From an archaeon (GTDB lineage: Archaea > Nanobdellota > Nanobdellia > Woesearchaeales > JBDRAZ01): a DNA stretch of 64,000 nucleotides. Under the pieces are notes generated by a model. The model worked only from the letters and a program-made list of their open reading frames with translations, was not told where the DNA came from and made no database searches. The translations under genes were made by a program, and so were the position numbers. Positions 1-10,106 of this stretch are shown here, in pieces. The stretch is taken from positions 3,592 to 67,591 of the forward strand of contig JBDRAZ010000038.1 in assembly GCA_043823195.1 (NCBI GenBank), read 5' to 3'. Each line of letters starts with the position of its first letter. The first letter of the stretch is position 1.

Positions 1-1147
1 CTATGACAAGGCCAAAGCGGTATTTCACGATTACCTGCCTCCTGCAGAGGAATTCGAGACGATAACCGGGTCGAGCCAGTACAACAACATGCGGACCGCC
101 ATGGGCTACGCCAGCTATGCGAGATCTCAGTCCCCATCTGTTTTTGGGGTATCAGACCTGCATACGCGGGTGTCAAGGGCGCTTTTTTCCGACTACCGCG
201 GCATTGAACAGATATCGCGCCTTGACAACGCGGTGCACCTTCCGTCCTGGGTCTCTCCTGAAGTGATTAGGGCGTATGAGGGGGTGACCGATGGGAGATG
301 GCGGCGGGAGCCTGAGACGCTCGAATGGCTTATCCGGGCGGTCAGCCCTCAGAGGGCGCATGAGATTGCTGAGCCGGGAAGGATGAGGCTGACTGAACTC
401 ATGACCGACGGAAGAAGGAAGGTCTGGAATTTCGGGAGGGAGTATGACCCGGATAAGACAACTTTTGCCTGGAACCGGAGATTTGCGCCGTATAAAGACC
501 CGCTGCTGATGTTCCATGATGCCACAATAGACCGCCTGGTACAATTGGGAGATACTTCACAGGTCGTGTTCGCAGGCAAGTCACACCCCAACGATAAAGG
601 CGGAAAGGATCTGATAGCGGAGCTGTTCAGGATTGCGCGGGATATGCCGGTCCCGGTGTTCTTCATTGAGGATTATGATGCGGATGTCGCTGCTGCCCTT
701 GCGCAGGGCGCTGATGCGGCAATCAACACCCCGATGCTTCTGAAAGAGGCCTCAGGGACCAGCGGCATGAAGTTTGCGGCAAATTTCAGGCCGGTAATAT
801 CCAAGTTTGATGGATGGACAAAGCCTGAACAGCCAAGCGGCAAGTTTCATATGCCCCACGGCCTCTGGCACGGGATGAACGGGTGGGGCATTGGAAGAAT
901 GCCAACCGGCAGCTATGTAAGGGATATCGGCTTTATGAGCGGGGACCAGATCGAGGCTGAGAGAAGGCAGGATGCCCTGCAGCTGATATCTGTGATGGAA
1001 GAGGTGGCTGCCATGAGACGGACTCCAGGCGGCAGAGAGGAGCTTGGAAGAATGATGGTAAATGCCGCAGCGATGAACGCATACTACTCCGCAACAAGAA
1101 TGGTCAGGGATTACATGGAAGCGATTGACAGGCGGCTGGGATCATAG
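1..1147 (+). CDS. glgP: alpha-glucan (glycogen/starch) phosphorylase, C-terminal part; 5' end outside window
   Basis: Frame open from position 2; motifs RRFAPYK, FAGKSHPND, EDYD and the PLP-lysine motif EASGTSGMK. Confidence 0.85.
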   Translation, partial: YDKAKAVFHDYLPPAEEFETITGSSQYNNMRTAMGYASYARSQSPSVFGVSDLHTRVSRALFSDYRGIEQISRLDNAVHLPSWVSPEVIRAYEGVTDGRWRREPETLEWLIRAVSPQRAHEIAEPGRMRLTELMTDGRRKVWNFGREYDPDKTTFAWNRRFAPYKDPLLMFHDATIDRLVQLGDTSQVVFAGKSHPNDKGGKDLIAELFRIARDMPVPVFFIEDYDADVAAALAQGADAAINTPMLLKEASGTSGMKFAANFRPVISKFDGWTKPEQPSGKFHMPHGLWHGMNGWGIGRMPTGSYVRDIGFMSGDQIEAERRQDALQLISVMEEVAAMRRTPGGREELGRMMVNAAAMNAYYSATRMVRDYMEAIDRRLGS

Positions 1148-2002
1148 AATAATAACATTACCTGCGTATTGGGTAAGGCCGTGGTCAGGCATGTCTGTGT
1201 ATATCTTGAATGGTGCGTCTTTAAGGACATTTCTGATCGGATCTTCGCCCAATCCATTCTTTCTCTTGAGCCAATCGACAGATGAGCCTGAGAGGAAGAG
1301 ATGGTAGACGCCGCCGTTGAGCTTTGGTGCATTAGCTTCTGCAGCTTTCTTCAGTTGTTTAAGTTCATATTCGTGGGCTCCGCTTTGGTAATCATCAGAT
1401 TTAACATGCTGGTTCAATCTCAACAGATTCTCAAGTCCCAGATCCCATGAGTAGTTCATCTGTGAAACATCGCCTACAATCCGGAGGATTCCCGGCCTGA
1501 AGCCCTCGGGCAATTCAAAGATCTCATTGACAGCATTATAGACAGCCAGCCGCTCCATGTATCCAGGTGACATATCCCAATACACCAGAGGGCTATCTCC
1601 CTCAAACGGATCAGGCTCCCAGGCAGCTGCGTCGAAGTCAGCTCGGGCGAGCCTGGCAAGGTTAGCGTCTGCGTAAGAGGGGCTCTTGCCGTCTGTAACT
1701 TCCATAGTGCCGTCAGGATGCCAGACATCGAACTCTGTAACCTGGCCTTCGAGACTTTGGTACCTGCTGCCTTTCTGGACCCAAGGGGTTATCCTGAGAT
1801 CGAGGTGATCCTGCAGCTCACTAATAGAGAAGTGCAACAAGGTGTCAGCTGATGCGCCTTCCAGGCGGACTGCAGCAGAGCCGTCCCTGTCGCGGTCGGC
1901 GTTTATAGCCTTCATGAGATTATCGTAAGTCGTGCCTGCCCAGCCCGATACAGTGGAAGCTAAGGTGATTGCAAGCGCTCCGATAAGTGATAATCGTCTC
2001 AT
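1142..2002 (-). CDS. secreted hypothetical protein
   Basis: 286-aa ORF with Sec-type signal peptide MRRLSLIGALAITLASTVSGWA; upstream TATA-like TTTATAT. Confidence 0.65.
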   Translation of the reverse strand: MRRLSLIGALAITLASTVSGWAGTTYDNLMKAINADRDRDGSAAVRLEGASADTLLHFSISELQDHLDLRITPWVQKGSRYQSLEGQVTEFDVWHPDGTMEVTDGKSPSYADANLARLARADFDAAAWEPDPFEGDSPLVYWDMSPGYMERLAVYNAVNEIFELPEGFRPGILRIVGDVSQMNYSWDLGLENLLRLNQHVKSDDYQSGAHEYELKQLKKAAEANAPKLNGGVYHLFLSGSSVDWLKRKNGLGEDPIRNVLKDAPFKIYTDMPDHGLTQYAGNVIIL

Positions 2003-2049
2003 CTTGATTAGTAATTGATATCTGAATATATAAATGTTTCCATTTTTAA

Positions 2050-3690
2050 CTACATTTGAGTAGTATCGAATTGCGGCAGCTTAGCCAATATCCCGGAAAC
2101 AATCTTCCTCAAACGCTTTTTTCTTTCACTGTGATATGCTTCATAGCCCGGTATGTCTGCCTCTCGATTAAACTGCCTTGGCGATTCGGCAGCAGGTCCC
2201 CTGCCATAGGGAAGGCCCTCCGGATGCCTGTAGAACCTTACTTTTGACGGCCTGTGTGCTGGGTTTTCAGCAAAATGGTTCTCCCAGTATTGCTGGCTGG
2301 TTATTGCCGGGTCTGCGCGCTCGTATAGCTGATGGGTGTTTGCATAGAAGTCCCTGAGCCCTGCGCGACGCTCAAGCATCTCCCTTACTAATGCTTCACG
2401 CTCCTCAGGCTCTCCATGCCATTCGTCCTCAGGAAAGTTGCGATTGATGTTCTGCATAGCAAAGTGCACCCTGAACAGGTATTCATGGGCTGTTCTTTCA
2501 TCCTGAAAGCCCAATAGGTATGCAAGATGATTAAGGCCGCCCTCAATAACGGAATAGGCATCTGAAATCTCTGAGACGACAGGGCCATGGAATAGATCGT
2601 GGTCGCGGGATGCTGACGCGCCGCAGTAGATGCCTGCCAGTTCCGGAGCAATGCCTATAACAGTGTCAAGCCAGTTATCTGAATCGGTTGCGAGCTGACC
2701 CCTAAGTTCCGGCCTGATGATCGGATTCATTGCCTCATCCAGGGCGTATTGCGAACCTGTTCGCAAATCGACTGATAAGCCTGCCGGTATGCAGACAACC
2801 CCCATGTCCAGAGGTATGCCGCCGGGCGCAAATACGCAGGCATCGTTGTGCTTCTTGTCAGGCGTCTCTTCAAACGCAGTGTGGTGGAAGTTATGGGCTA
2901 ATGCTTCGGCGGGAAATAGTATGTAGATATCGTAGCCGTGCTCGCCTCCATACCATCCGGAGTTAATTAGGTTTGTTGTGAAGTGGACGCTCTCCCTCTC
3001 AGCAGCCACGCAGTCATCCTCTGTCAGGGTAAACACAAAGTCATCCAGGTGCTGCGAGAAGGATTTTTTAGGACATCTTCTGGCAGCCTGCACAGCAAGT
3101 TCCTGTATGTATGATGGGTCACCAGGATCCAGCAGCAGATTGATGCTGCTCTGTAGCCTGCCTGCGGCAAGAAGGTCCTTGAACGAATTAATGAACTCTC
3201 CCTGACCCCAGGAGTGCAGGCCCAGAATGCCAAGGTCCATGACATTTTCACGGATACCGTATCTTGTGACATGGCATGCGTATCCGCCGCGCAATCGTCT
3301 GGAGAGGGTGTGGTAGTCATCATAGGACATCTGCGAGAGGGATTCAACTGAAAGAAGCCCCATTTCATAATCATCAAGAGGTGTTGAGGAGAGGAGGCGG
3401 TCGACTGCACCTTTGTGCCCAAGACGTATGGCCTGTGCCCTCTCACCAATGAGGCGGTTGCGTCGCGGCCCATATTCTGCATGAGCTGACCTGTATCTCT
3501 TTCCGAGCCGCGCGATCCAGGGTGTTGAACGCAGCTGCTCAACAAGCGGCTCAAGAGATGTTCCCCGGTAGAAAGAAGGTTCGATCTCTTTATGACCTGC
3601 GCGGTTTGCCTCCAGGGCACGTAACCTGCCGGCCGTGTCTCTGCGAATATCATTACCGAATTTACGTTCCCATTCACGCCGTAGGCTCAC
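2050..3690 (-). CDS. hypothetical protein (546 aa)
   Basis: Long ORF with upstream TTTATATA box; no family recognised. Confidence 0.7.
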   Translation of the reverse strand: MSLRREWERKFGNDIRRDTAGRLRALEANRAGHKEIEPSFYRGTSLEPLVEQLRSTPWIARLGKRYRSAHAEYGPRRNRLIGERAQAIRLGHKGAVDRLLSSTPLDDYEMGLLSVESLSQMSYDDYHTLSRRLRGGYACHVTRYGIRENVMDLGILGLHSWGQGEFINSFKDLLAAGRLQSSINLLLDPGDPSYIQELAVQAARRCPKKSFSQHLDDFVFTLTEDDCVAAERESVHFTTNLINSGWYGGEHGYDIYILFPAEALAHNFHHTAFEETPDKKHNDACVFAPGGIPLDMGVVCIPAGLSVDLRTGSQYALDEAMNPIIRPELRGQLATDSDNWLDTVIGIAPELAGIYCGASASRDHDLFHGPVVSEISDAYSVIEGGLNHLAYLLGFQDERTAHEYLFRVHFAMQNINRNFPEDEWHGEPEEREALVREMLERRAGLRDFYANTHQLYERADPAITSQQYWENHFAENPAHRPSKVRFYRHPEGLPYGRGPAAESPRQFNREADIPGYEAYHSERKKRLRKIVSGILAKLPQFDTTQM

Positions 3691-3753
3691 GTTACTATCT
3701 ATGGGTAGTCAATATATATAAATGTTTGTACTAAACTGCAGGAAAAAGCAGGA

Positions 3754-4902
3754 TTAAAGACTGTCCGCAATCCTTCCAGTAACCCTGTCCCAGCTGAACT
3801 TGTCGCGGACGATGCTGCTGACCTTCATTGACTTTGGTTTTCCGGCCAGACGTATTATTTCATCCACAAATTGCTTGTCTGTATCGCAGAATGAGATTGC
3901 CCCCAGCGGCCCAAACACCTCCCTGTTGGCAGTCAGGTTTGTAGAGACAACTGAGAGTCCCATGGCCAGGTATTCAGCAATCTTGATATTGAGGACATTG
4001 TCCTGGTTCACGTTGCGTTCATAAGGAAGCATGCCTGTGTTTGCAAGCGAGAGGTAGAGGGGAAGCTTGTCGAGGTCGACAAAGCCGAGGACCTTGACGT
4101 TCTTGGACTTGAGCTTTTTCAGCTCGTCAAAGCGCTTGCCTGCGCCCATGAGGATGAAGCTGATGCCGTCAGTCTTTTTCAGGACGCCGCGTATAATGGC
4201 GATCATGCGCCCGCACATGTGGTAGTCTACGCTGCCATGGTAGACGACAGTTTTTTCCTTAAGACCCAGTTTCTTTTTTAGGGTACGAATGTCTGATTCC
4301 TTAACCTTGCCGGGATCAAACAGCTCTGCGTCTGCACCGTAGTAGCTCACAACTATTTTGCCCTCGGGAACACCATAGCTAACAAGAGTAGACTTCATTG
4401 TGGGTGAGATGGTAAAAATCTGATCGAAGAGTCTTGGAATGAATCTCTCGTACTTCATCATGATATCCACGACAAAGTTGGGATAGTGCTCATTGTCATA
4501 CAGGAACCCTGAGAGGAAATCGGTCATGGCGAGGCAGTATTTTGCATGATAGAATAGCCTGTAGAAGACTATTGGGGCGAGAAGGTTGTTCTGCACATAG
4601 ATAACGTCGTATTTTTTCCTGAAGATGAGCTGCAGGAACCTGAAGAAAAAAAGGAACGTGTATGCCATGTACCTGGGGCCGCGGAAGGTTGCGGTCTTGT
4701 GGACGTAGAAAGGTGCAAAGGCCTCAACGCAAATGCGCTCATTCTTTTCAACAATTTCCTTATCGCTGTACATGGGGCAGGACACTGTCACGTCGTGTCC
4801 GCGCTCAACAAGCTTTCTTACGGTCTTGTAGTTGCCCATGGAGCCGCCTGTCGAGGTCGGCCAGATGGGCTCGTTTGTGCAGAAAAGGATTTTCTTTGTC
4901 AT
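3754..4902 (-). CDS. glycosyltransferase family 4
   Basis: N-terminal TGG...LVERGHDVTV, C-terminal KIAEYLAMGLSVVST GT-B signature. Confidence 0.9.
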   Translation of the reverse strand: MTKKILFCTNEPIWPTSTGGSMGNYKTVRKLVERGHDVTVSCPMYSDKEIVEKNERICVEAFAPFYVHKTATFRGPRYMAYTFLFFFRFLQLIFRKKYDVIYVQNNLLAPIVFYRLFYHAKYCLAMTDFLSGFLYDNEHYPNFVVDIMMKYERFIPRLFDQIFTISPTMKSTLVSYGVPEGKIVVSYYGADAELFDPGKVKESDIRTLKKKLGLKEKTVVYHGSVDYHMCGRMIAIIRGVLKKTDGISFILMGAGKRFDELKKLKSKNVKVLGFVDLDKLPLYLSLANTGMLPYERNVNQDNVLNIKIAEYLAMGLSVVSTNLTANREVFGPLGAISFCDTDKQFVDEIIRLAGKPKSMKVSSIVRDKFSWDRVTGRIADSL

Positions 4903-5001
4903 TCAGTTTTGCCAGAAAACCGATATTCTAAAGTGATTATATTAATGTTTTGAAAGAATATTGGAAAAAGCTTAAAGGTTAAGGCAATTTATTGATGCCA
5001 G

Positions 5002-5817
5002 ATGCAACGATTGATATACTACCTCCTTGCCGGAATATTAAGCCTGTCTTCGGCAAAAGCGGGTGCCGAAAGCCCGCTTGACCGGATTGTCCAGAAGGCT
5101 TATGTACATGAGAAAGGTGATGAATGGCGTGATCACCTGTGGTCATCTGCATTCTTAACTCTTAGTGACTCATTTCTTCTTCAGCATGCAGACTATGAAG
5201 GTGAGCCTGAAAACCTGGCAGCCCAGACAAGATTTGCAGAAACTGTAGCCTATCAGGGAATTTATACTCCCCTCGTTGAAGGCAAAATCACCCCAGTATA
5301 CGCAGCCTTTGATATTGCAGGAACCCAGATAGCGCATAAGCTGTTTCCCAAGCTTGGCTTCGTTGAACCGTTTGTGGACAGGATAGCAGACATCACAGAG
5401 AGAAAGAATCTTAGGTTCCTTGCGTTAGTAACCGCCGGAACCATGGCAGCAGGTTATACGTTACCCAGACAGAGGGACCTGATAGAGATTGACGCTGGAG
5501 AACAGACTAACCCCAATAATGCCTGGCTTCATGTCGGCTTTTTTGCATATTATACATTCAGAACGTCGATGCTTCTTGAGCATGCCGGTTATGACAAGCA
5601 CCCTCCGGAATCGCTTGCGTGGAGAGTTGCTTTTGGCCTCGGCCTTGCGAAAGAACTGATCTATGACGGAACTGTGGGAAAGGGGCCGAGTGTAATAGAT
5701 GCCGGTGCTGACGCGCTGGGTGTCTGGATAGGGCATAAGGCTGCCAAAGTATACCGGGAGGGCAGAAATCTTACGGTCAGTCTAGTCCCTAATCTGAGGA
5801 TTACATATACGTTTTGA
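5002..5817 (+). CDS. secreted/membrane protein, YfiM/DUF2279-like hydrophobic C-terminal module
   Basis: Signal peptide; motif LH...GLAKELIYD...SVIDAGADALG; its stop codon abuts the att site. Confidence 0.5.
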   Translation: MQRLIYYLLAGILSLSSAKAGAESPLDRIVQKAYVHEKGDEWRDHLWSSAFLTLSDSFLLQHADYEGEPENLAAQTRFAETVAYQGIYTPLVEGKITPVYAAFDIAGTQIAHKLFPKLGFVEPFVDRIADITERKNLRFLALVTAGTMAAGYTLPRQRDLIEIDAGEQTNPNNAWLHVGFFAYYTFRTSMLLEHAGYDKHPPESLAWRVAFGLGLAKELIYDGTVGKGPSVIDAGADALGVWIGHKAAKVYREGRNLTVSLVPNLRITYTF

Positions 5818-5831
5818 CGCCAGGCCCAGGA
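5817..5831 (-). repeat. distal att site, copy of tRNA-Ser(CGA) 3' end
   Basis: Identical to 17734-17748. Confidence 0.9.
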
Positions 5832-5840
5832 ATGTGACCT

Positions 5841-6743
5841 TCAAGGGGTCTGGCTGGATGGCAGTAAACTCAATTTCTTACTACTTGCCTCCGGTTTTGT
5901 TTTCAATAATATAAGTATTTCCTTTTCACTGAATCCACGATGAACTAAGTTTGTACGAATATTCTCCAAAGATTCCCAAAGCATAGTATCAGTTAGTTTT
6001 CTGCTTCGAGCATTTCGCTCCAATCTACCTTTCAATTCATTGGCTGCGTATTGATTTAAAAGTGATATTTGTTTGTAAGTAGTTTCATCAAGCTTCTTAT
6101 CAATGGTCATTAAATATGAATATGTATTAGCAAAGGAAGATAGATTTATAGAATTGAGAATAAGGTCTATTCTAACATTTTCGTCGAGACTAGGGATAGT
6201 ATCTAAATGTTCATAAAGTCCTCTATAGATTCTTTTAACACTTATAGAATCTCTGAGATATTCTGCGAACAACTCCGAGGTGTAAATCAGAGCTTTGATT
6301 TCATTCCAGCGTAACATTTCATTTGGTGTTATATAACCTTCTTGAACCGATTCGTTACAAAATATGCTTCGAACAAATCTTGCCAATAAATGATTGAGTT
6401 GTGCTTGGCTGTCCTTATAATATCCACTGCCAAAGAATGAGCGGTCACCACGATCCCAAAAGATAAGATGAATTTTTTTGTATGTTGATACATTTCGAGG
6501 TATCCTATATTCGTAGGGGCTCCAAGGTCGATTTTTTTTATCAATGTAATCTGGAATTTTTCGCCTGTCAACCAACTTCTTTTTTATTAGAGGTTTCCTG
6601 GCTTTAGGGACGTTGTTTTGTTGAGACTTGAAAATGCCCTGTTTTAGAATCTGCTTTGTCCGAAGCCACCCGCCAGAGGTCAAATCATCATTAAGAGCCA
6701 ATGACTTAAGAAATGCAAATTCAAGCTCAGTTAGATGTTCCAC
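5841..6743 (-). CDS. putative DNA-binding/regulatory protein of the element
   Basis: Basic N-terminus resembling a winged helix; divergent from the AbrB-like gene. Confidence 0.45.
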   Translation of the reverse strand: MEHLTELEFAFLKSLALNDDLTSGGWLRTKQILKQGIFKSQQNNVPKARKPLIKKKLVDRRKIPDYIDKKNRPWSPYEYRIPRNVSTYKKIHLIFWDRGDRSFFGSGYYKDSQAQLNHLLARFVRSIFCNESVQEGYITPNEMLRWNEIKALIYTSELFAEYLRDSISVKRIYRGLYEHLDTIPSLDENVRIDLILNSINLSSFANTYSYLMTIDKKLDETTYKQISLLNQYAANELKGRLERNARSRKLTDTMLWESLENIRTNLVHRGFSEKEILILLKTKPEASSKKLSLLPSSQTP

Positions 6744-6866
6744 AGTTTATATCATAATATCAACTAGTATATAAACTCATCCATAAATAATACAGCCAGA
6801 TTGGTTATGGCATTCCACAATTAATATGGGTCGGCATCTCGCATATTAAGGGGTATTTATAGGAGA

Positions 6867-7070
6867 TTGGTATCTGAGATGGTTAAGATGAACCTCAAGC
6901 TACGAAATCCAAGAAAAATAATCTCATATAACTACAGTTTCCTCATCACAATTCCACCCACCTGGCTGCGACATCATAAGATAGGTAAGGGGGATCATAT
7001 AGATTTTGAGATTGATAAGGAGCATAACTTGGTTTTGAAGCCTTATGGAGAGCATGATGAAACTAACTAA
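6867..7070 (+). CDS. AbrB/MazE/SpoVT family DNA-binding protein
   Basis: RKII...SFLITIPPTWLRHHKIGKGDHIDFE swapped-hairpin pattern. Confidence 0.8.
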   Translation: MVSEMVKMNLKLRNPRKIISYNYSFLITIPPTWLRHHKIGKGDHIDFEIDKEHNLVLKPYGEHDETN

Positions 7071-7149
7071 GCTACCAGAACATATGGAGGAGCAACTACC
7101 TGAAGAATTAAAGGCAGTACTTGCTTTTCATAATCAAGCCAAAGGCTGA
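7054..7149 (+). CDS. small hypothetical protein (31 aa)
   Basis: MMKLTKLPEHMEEQLPEELKAVLAFHNQAKG, preceded by GGAG and overlapping the previous stop. Confidence 0.35.
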   Translation: MMKLTKLPEHMEEQLPEELKAVLAFHNQAKG

Positions 7150-7165
7150 GGCGAAGGCCTCAGCC
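7144..7165. promoter_or_regulatory. perfect 9-bp GC-rich hairpin upstream of the replication gene
   Basis: GGCTGAGGC-gaag-GCCTCAGCC. Confidence 0.45.
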
Positions 7166-7224
7166 CCTATCACAGAACAGACACAAGTAATGTCTAGTTC
7201 TTGACTTATAAAAAACTTGTTAAA

Positions 7225-9006
7225 ATGAATAATGAAGAAACCAAAGCAATCTTAGACACAAATAAGGAACTCTGTGCAAAAATGGACAAATACTATCAAA
7301 AGCTAGAGTCAGCATTTATGGGCGAATTGCAGAGAGTGGGGGTAACGGAGTTTGTTATTCAGAAAATTGCTGCAGATCTGCAGAAACTAGGCAGGCATCA
7401 CGATAAGCTGCTTGGATATGTAACTGCTTGGTATCCTATGTTGCTTGAGAATGTTCAAAGAATAGGTTCAAACACTAAACTACCTACTACTTCTTACTAC
7501 CCTACTACATCTAACTACAGACTACAAAGCTGGGGGATATACGATCCTTCCCGTCAGTTATATGTTGAGCAACTGACTGCTAACTTATTCATCTATAATT
7601 ACAGAGGAATTAAGGGAATAACCGAGAAGAAAATATCTCAGGATAAGCAGAGCAAACGGATAATTGAGTTTCTAAACATTGAGGATCAGGAACTGAAGTT
7701 TACAAAACCTGTCCAGGTGGCCAGCTACAATCGCCCAAGCTCTGAATTAGCATACCAATACATTGATGGAAAGTACAAACCAAGAGGTCTTGATTACATA
7801 ATCCAGGATATTGAAAAGATTCTGCTCGCTTTGTACGATTTCAAATTCCCAACGGATATTTCCATAATAAAGCTAGCCATTGGACAGAGTTACCTCATAC
7901 CTTTGTTTGAGGGAGTATTTTACTTGGGAATAGATGCAACAAAAGGCGGAGGCAAAACAACTTTGCTTGAGTTAGCCTGTTTTCTTATGCGGCATGGCAT
8001 AATGGGAGGAGACATCAGTGCCGCAGCATTACCTCGGATGGTCGATCAATTACAATTAAGCATAGCGGTTGATGAGATAGACCAGAAAATTGGAGAGAAG
8101 GCTCAGGAAGATATTACAGCCGTATTAAGGAAAGGGCAGCGCCGAGGTAATCCATACACACGTTGTGAAGGTCGTTCTCATATCCCAACATCTTATGATG
8201 TATTTGGCAGTCATCTCTACAGCTTCCGTTCTGATGTTGAGGACGCTTTCGGAAGTCGCACAATCCCAATACATGCCGCGAAATCTAGGGATAGTAGGTT
8301 ATCGGTTCTCAATCTTTACAAAGCGCAAGTTTTGAAACCCTTAGCGGATGAATTGTTTTTATGGGCAATTGATAACCTCCTTAAGATTCCTGTGGTGAGC
8401 TGTAGTAACGTAGTAGGGTGTAGCGGGACTTTAAGGGATAAGGATAGCGAACTTATCAGAGATCAGCTATTTAAAAAATTCACTGAGCATTTGGGAGACG
8501 ATCATGTTAAGTTGGTGAAAAAACTTTCAGGAAGAAATGCGGAACTTGCTTACATCTGTTGTGATGTGGCCAACAGACTTAATCTGGATGTGTTAAGCGA
8601 TCTAAATAATGTCATGACTTTAAAGGAAACAGATGAGATTGCTAACCAAGACTTTTATTTGGAAAGCCTTGAGCGGTTCCTTGGTGAAAAACACATGACC
8701 CTATCTAGTATCGACAAGAAAGAAAAATTCACCAAGAAAGATGGCAAATATGCAGCGTGTCTATTTTACCCAAAAAATCTACTTTATCAGGAATTTGTTC
8801 AGTCCCTTACTCAAAATAATGTTAGGACAATAGGCCATAAAAAGTTCAACAGCCTTTTGCGAGATTTGGGTTTTATAGAGAGGGACACTCTGCGGAATGT
8901 CAGAGTAGATGACATGCCTCGTCAATGCATCATATTTTCTGACAAGATATTGAACCGGATAGGTGTAGAGAAAGAAGAACAGATACTATCGGAGAATATA
9001 CAATGA
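7225..9006 (+). CDS. P-loop NTPase, putative replication/helicase protein of the element
   Basis: Walker A ATKGGGKTT, Walker B IAVDEID, downstream LRKG...RCEG and SRTIPI segments typical of mobile-element AAA+ proteins; ORF opens at TTG 7201. Confidence 0.7.
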   Translation: MNNEETKAILDTNKELCAKMDKYYQKLESAFMGELQRVGVTEFVIQKIAADLQKLGRHHDKLLGYVTAWYPMLLENVQRIGSNTKLPTTSYYPTTSNYRLQSWGIYDPSRQLYVEQLTANLFIYNYRGIKGITEKKISQDKQSKRIIEFLNIEDQELKFTKPVQVASYNRPSSELAYQYIDGKYKPRGLDYIIQDIEKILLALYDFKFPTDISIIKLAIGQSYLIPLFEGVFYLGIDATKGGGKTTLLELACFLMRHGIMGGDISAAALPRMVDQLQLSIAVDEIDQKIGEKAQEDITAVLRKGQRRGNPYTRCEGRSHIPTSYDVFGSHLYSFRSDVEDAFGSRTIPIHAAKSRDSRLSVLNLYKAQVLKPLADELFLWAIDNLLKIPVVSCSNVVGCSGTLRDKDSELIRDQLFKKFTEHLGDDHVKLVKKLSGRNAELAYICCDVANRLNLDVLSDLNNVMTLKETDEIANQDFYLESLERFLGEKHMTLSSIDKKEKFTKKDGKYAACLFYPKNLLYQEFVQSLTQNNVRTIGHKKFNSLLRDLGFIERDTLRNVRVDDMPRQCIIFSDKILNRIGVEKEEQILSENIQ

Positions 9007-9176
9007 GACCTGGCTTGCATAATAGAGAGCGGATTATGCTCTGCTTGAGCCACAGGCTGCAGGAATTGAAAGATAAAATCCGTACATATACAAAAGAGCG
9101 TGATGAGGTAGAGTCTAAATTGAGGCACAATCAAAGAGAAACACAAAATGACAAAAGATCGAGCGGGACCGCATAG
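9003..9176 (+). CDS. small coiled-coil protein (57 aa)
   Basis: ATGA overlap with the NTPase stop; MRPGLHNRERIMLCLSHRLQELKDKI... Confidence 0.45.
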   Translation: MRPGLHNRERIMLCLSHRLQELKDKIRTYTKERDEVESKLRHNQRETQNDKRSSGTA

Positions 9177-9229
9177 CAAGTTTTTTGATGTGATCCCAGA
9201 AAAACAAAAGGAAACGGATGAAGCAGAAG

Positions 9230-9331
9230 ATGACTGACAGAGGTATTCTGATTATCTATGTGCCATTATTGCTATCAGTCGGAGTCTTTTACTCGTGGAA
9301 AATCAACAAAATTTATGAGGTCGGAGGATGA
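9230..9331 (+). CDS. small membrane peptide (33 aa)
   Basis: MTDRGILIIYVPLLLSVGVFYSWKINKIYEVGG; stop overlaps the next ATG (ATGA). Confidence 0.45.
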   Translation: MTDRGILIIYVPLLLSVGVFYSWKINKIYEVGG

Positions 9332-9651
9332 CCGTCAGCGCTTATTTGCTCTCAATCGCCTTACTTTTTTTCATGGTGGTAGGGCTAACGGTTGCAGTTC
9401 AAAAGCTCATAGCAATGGTGCGACGGCTCCAGACACCCACTATATCGATCCATTATGATAAAGCAAGGCTCGACAAACTCGCCGCGACTATTGATAAGCT
9501 TGACCTGGAAAGTAAATTCATGTTGTTGCATCATCAATTTGGTGACGCAACAGCATTATTAAACCTCGAGTCTGGCCGGATACGTTTGGCGGGTATAGGA
9601 AAAGTACCGTCTCTTGAGGAGCCGGATGAACCGATGGATTATTCCGGTTGA
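9328..9651 (+). CDS. membrane-anchored hypothetical protein
   Basis: N-terminal TM helix; GGAGG directly upstream. Confidence 0.6.
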   Translation: MTVSAYLLSIALLFFMVVGLTVAVQKLIAMVRRLQTPTISIHYDKARLDKLAATIDKLDLESKFMLLHHQFGDATALLNLESGRIRLAGIGKVPSLEEPDEPMDYSG

Positions 9652-10106
9652 TCTTGGGCAAGATACAAGTTAAGGGCGGGGGTATTCTTCCCCCTCGCAT
9701 AATAACAAGTAACATTTGATTAGCTTAGTGTGTGAACGCCGCCATTTTCCTATAGTACGTTAATTTTCCCCCTGCACTGCCTCCAAAACGGCATTTCTAT
9801 GTAATCCGAACCATTTTCGGTCATAATCCAATAAGAGTGTTAAATTTTGGTCAGATTGAAAGGTTTTCGAACAACCTGAAAGAATTATCAGAATCATTGA
9901 GCAAAACATAATAAGATCAGACAACACCTTGTTTATTGGGCGGCATAACCGGTACGACGAGAGAAGTCCGCGGGGTTTGGGCTCAGACCCGATTTATTTC
10001 TTAATTAGAATGATCACTGGACACTGGACATGTTGGTGTAGGGTATATATATGAACAGTCTACACTTCTTTGTTAATTCATAGAATATTAAGTGGAGGAA
10101 CCAAAA

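Noticed and set aside
9940..9992. GC-rich hairpin region as a ribozyme or origin
   Set aside because: No catalytic core consensus found; only a short stem-loop
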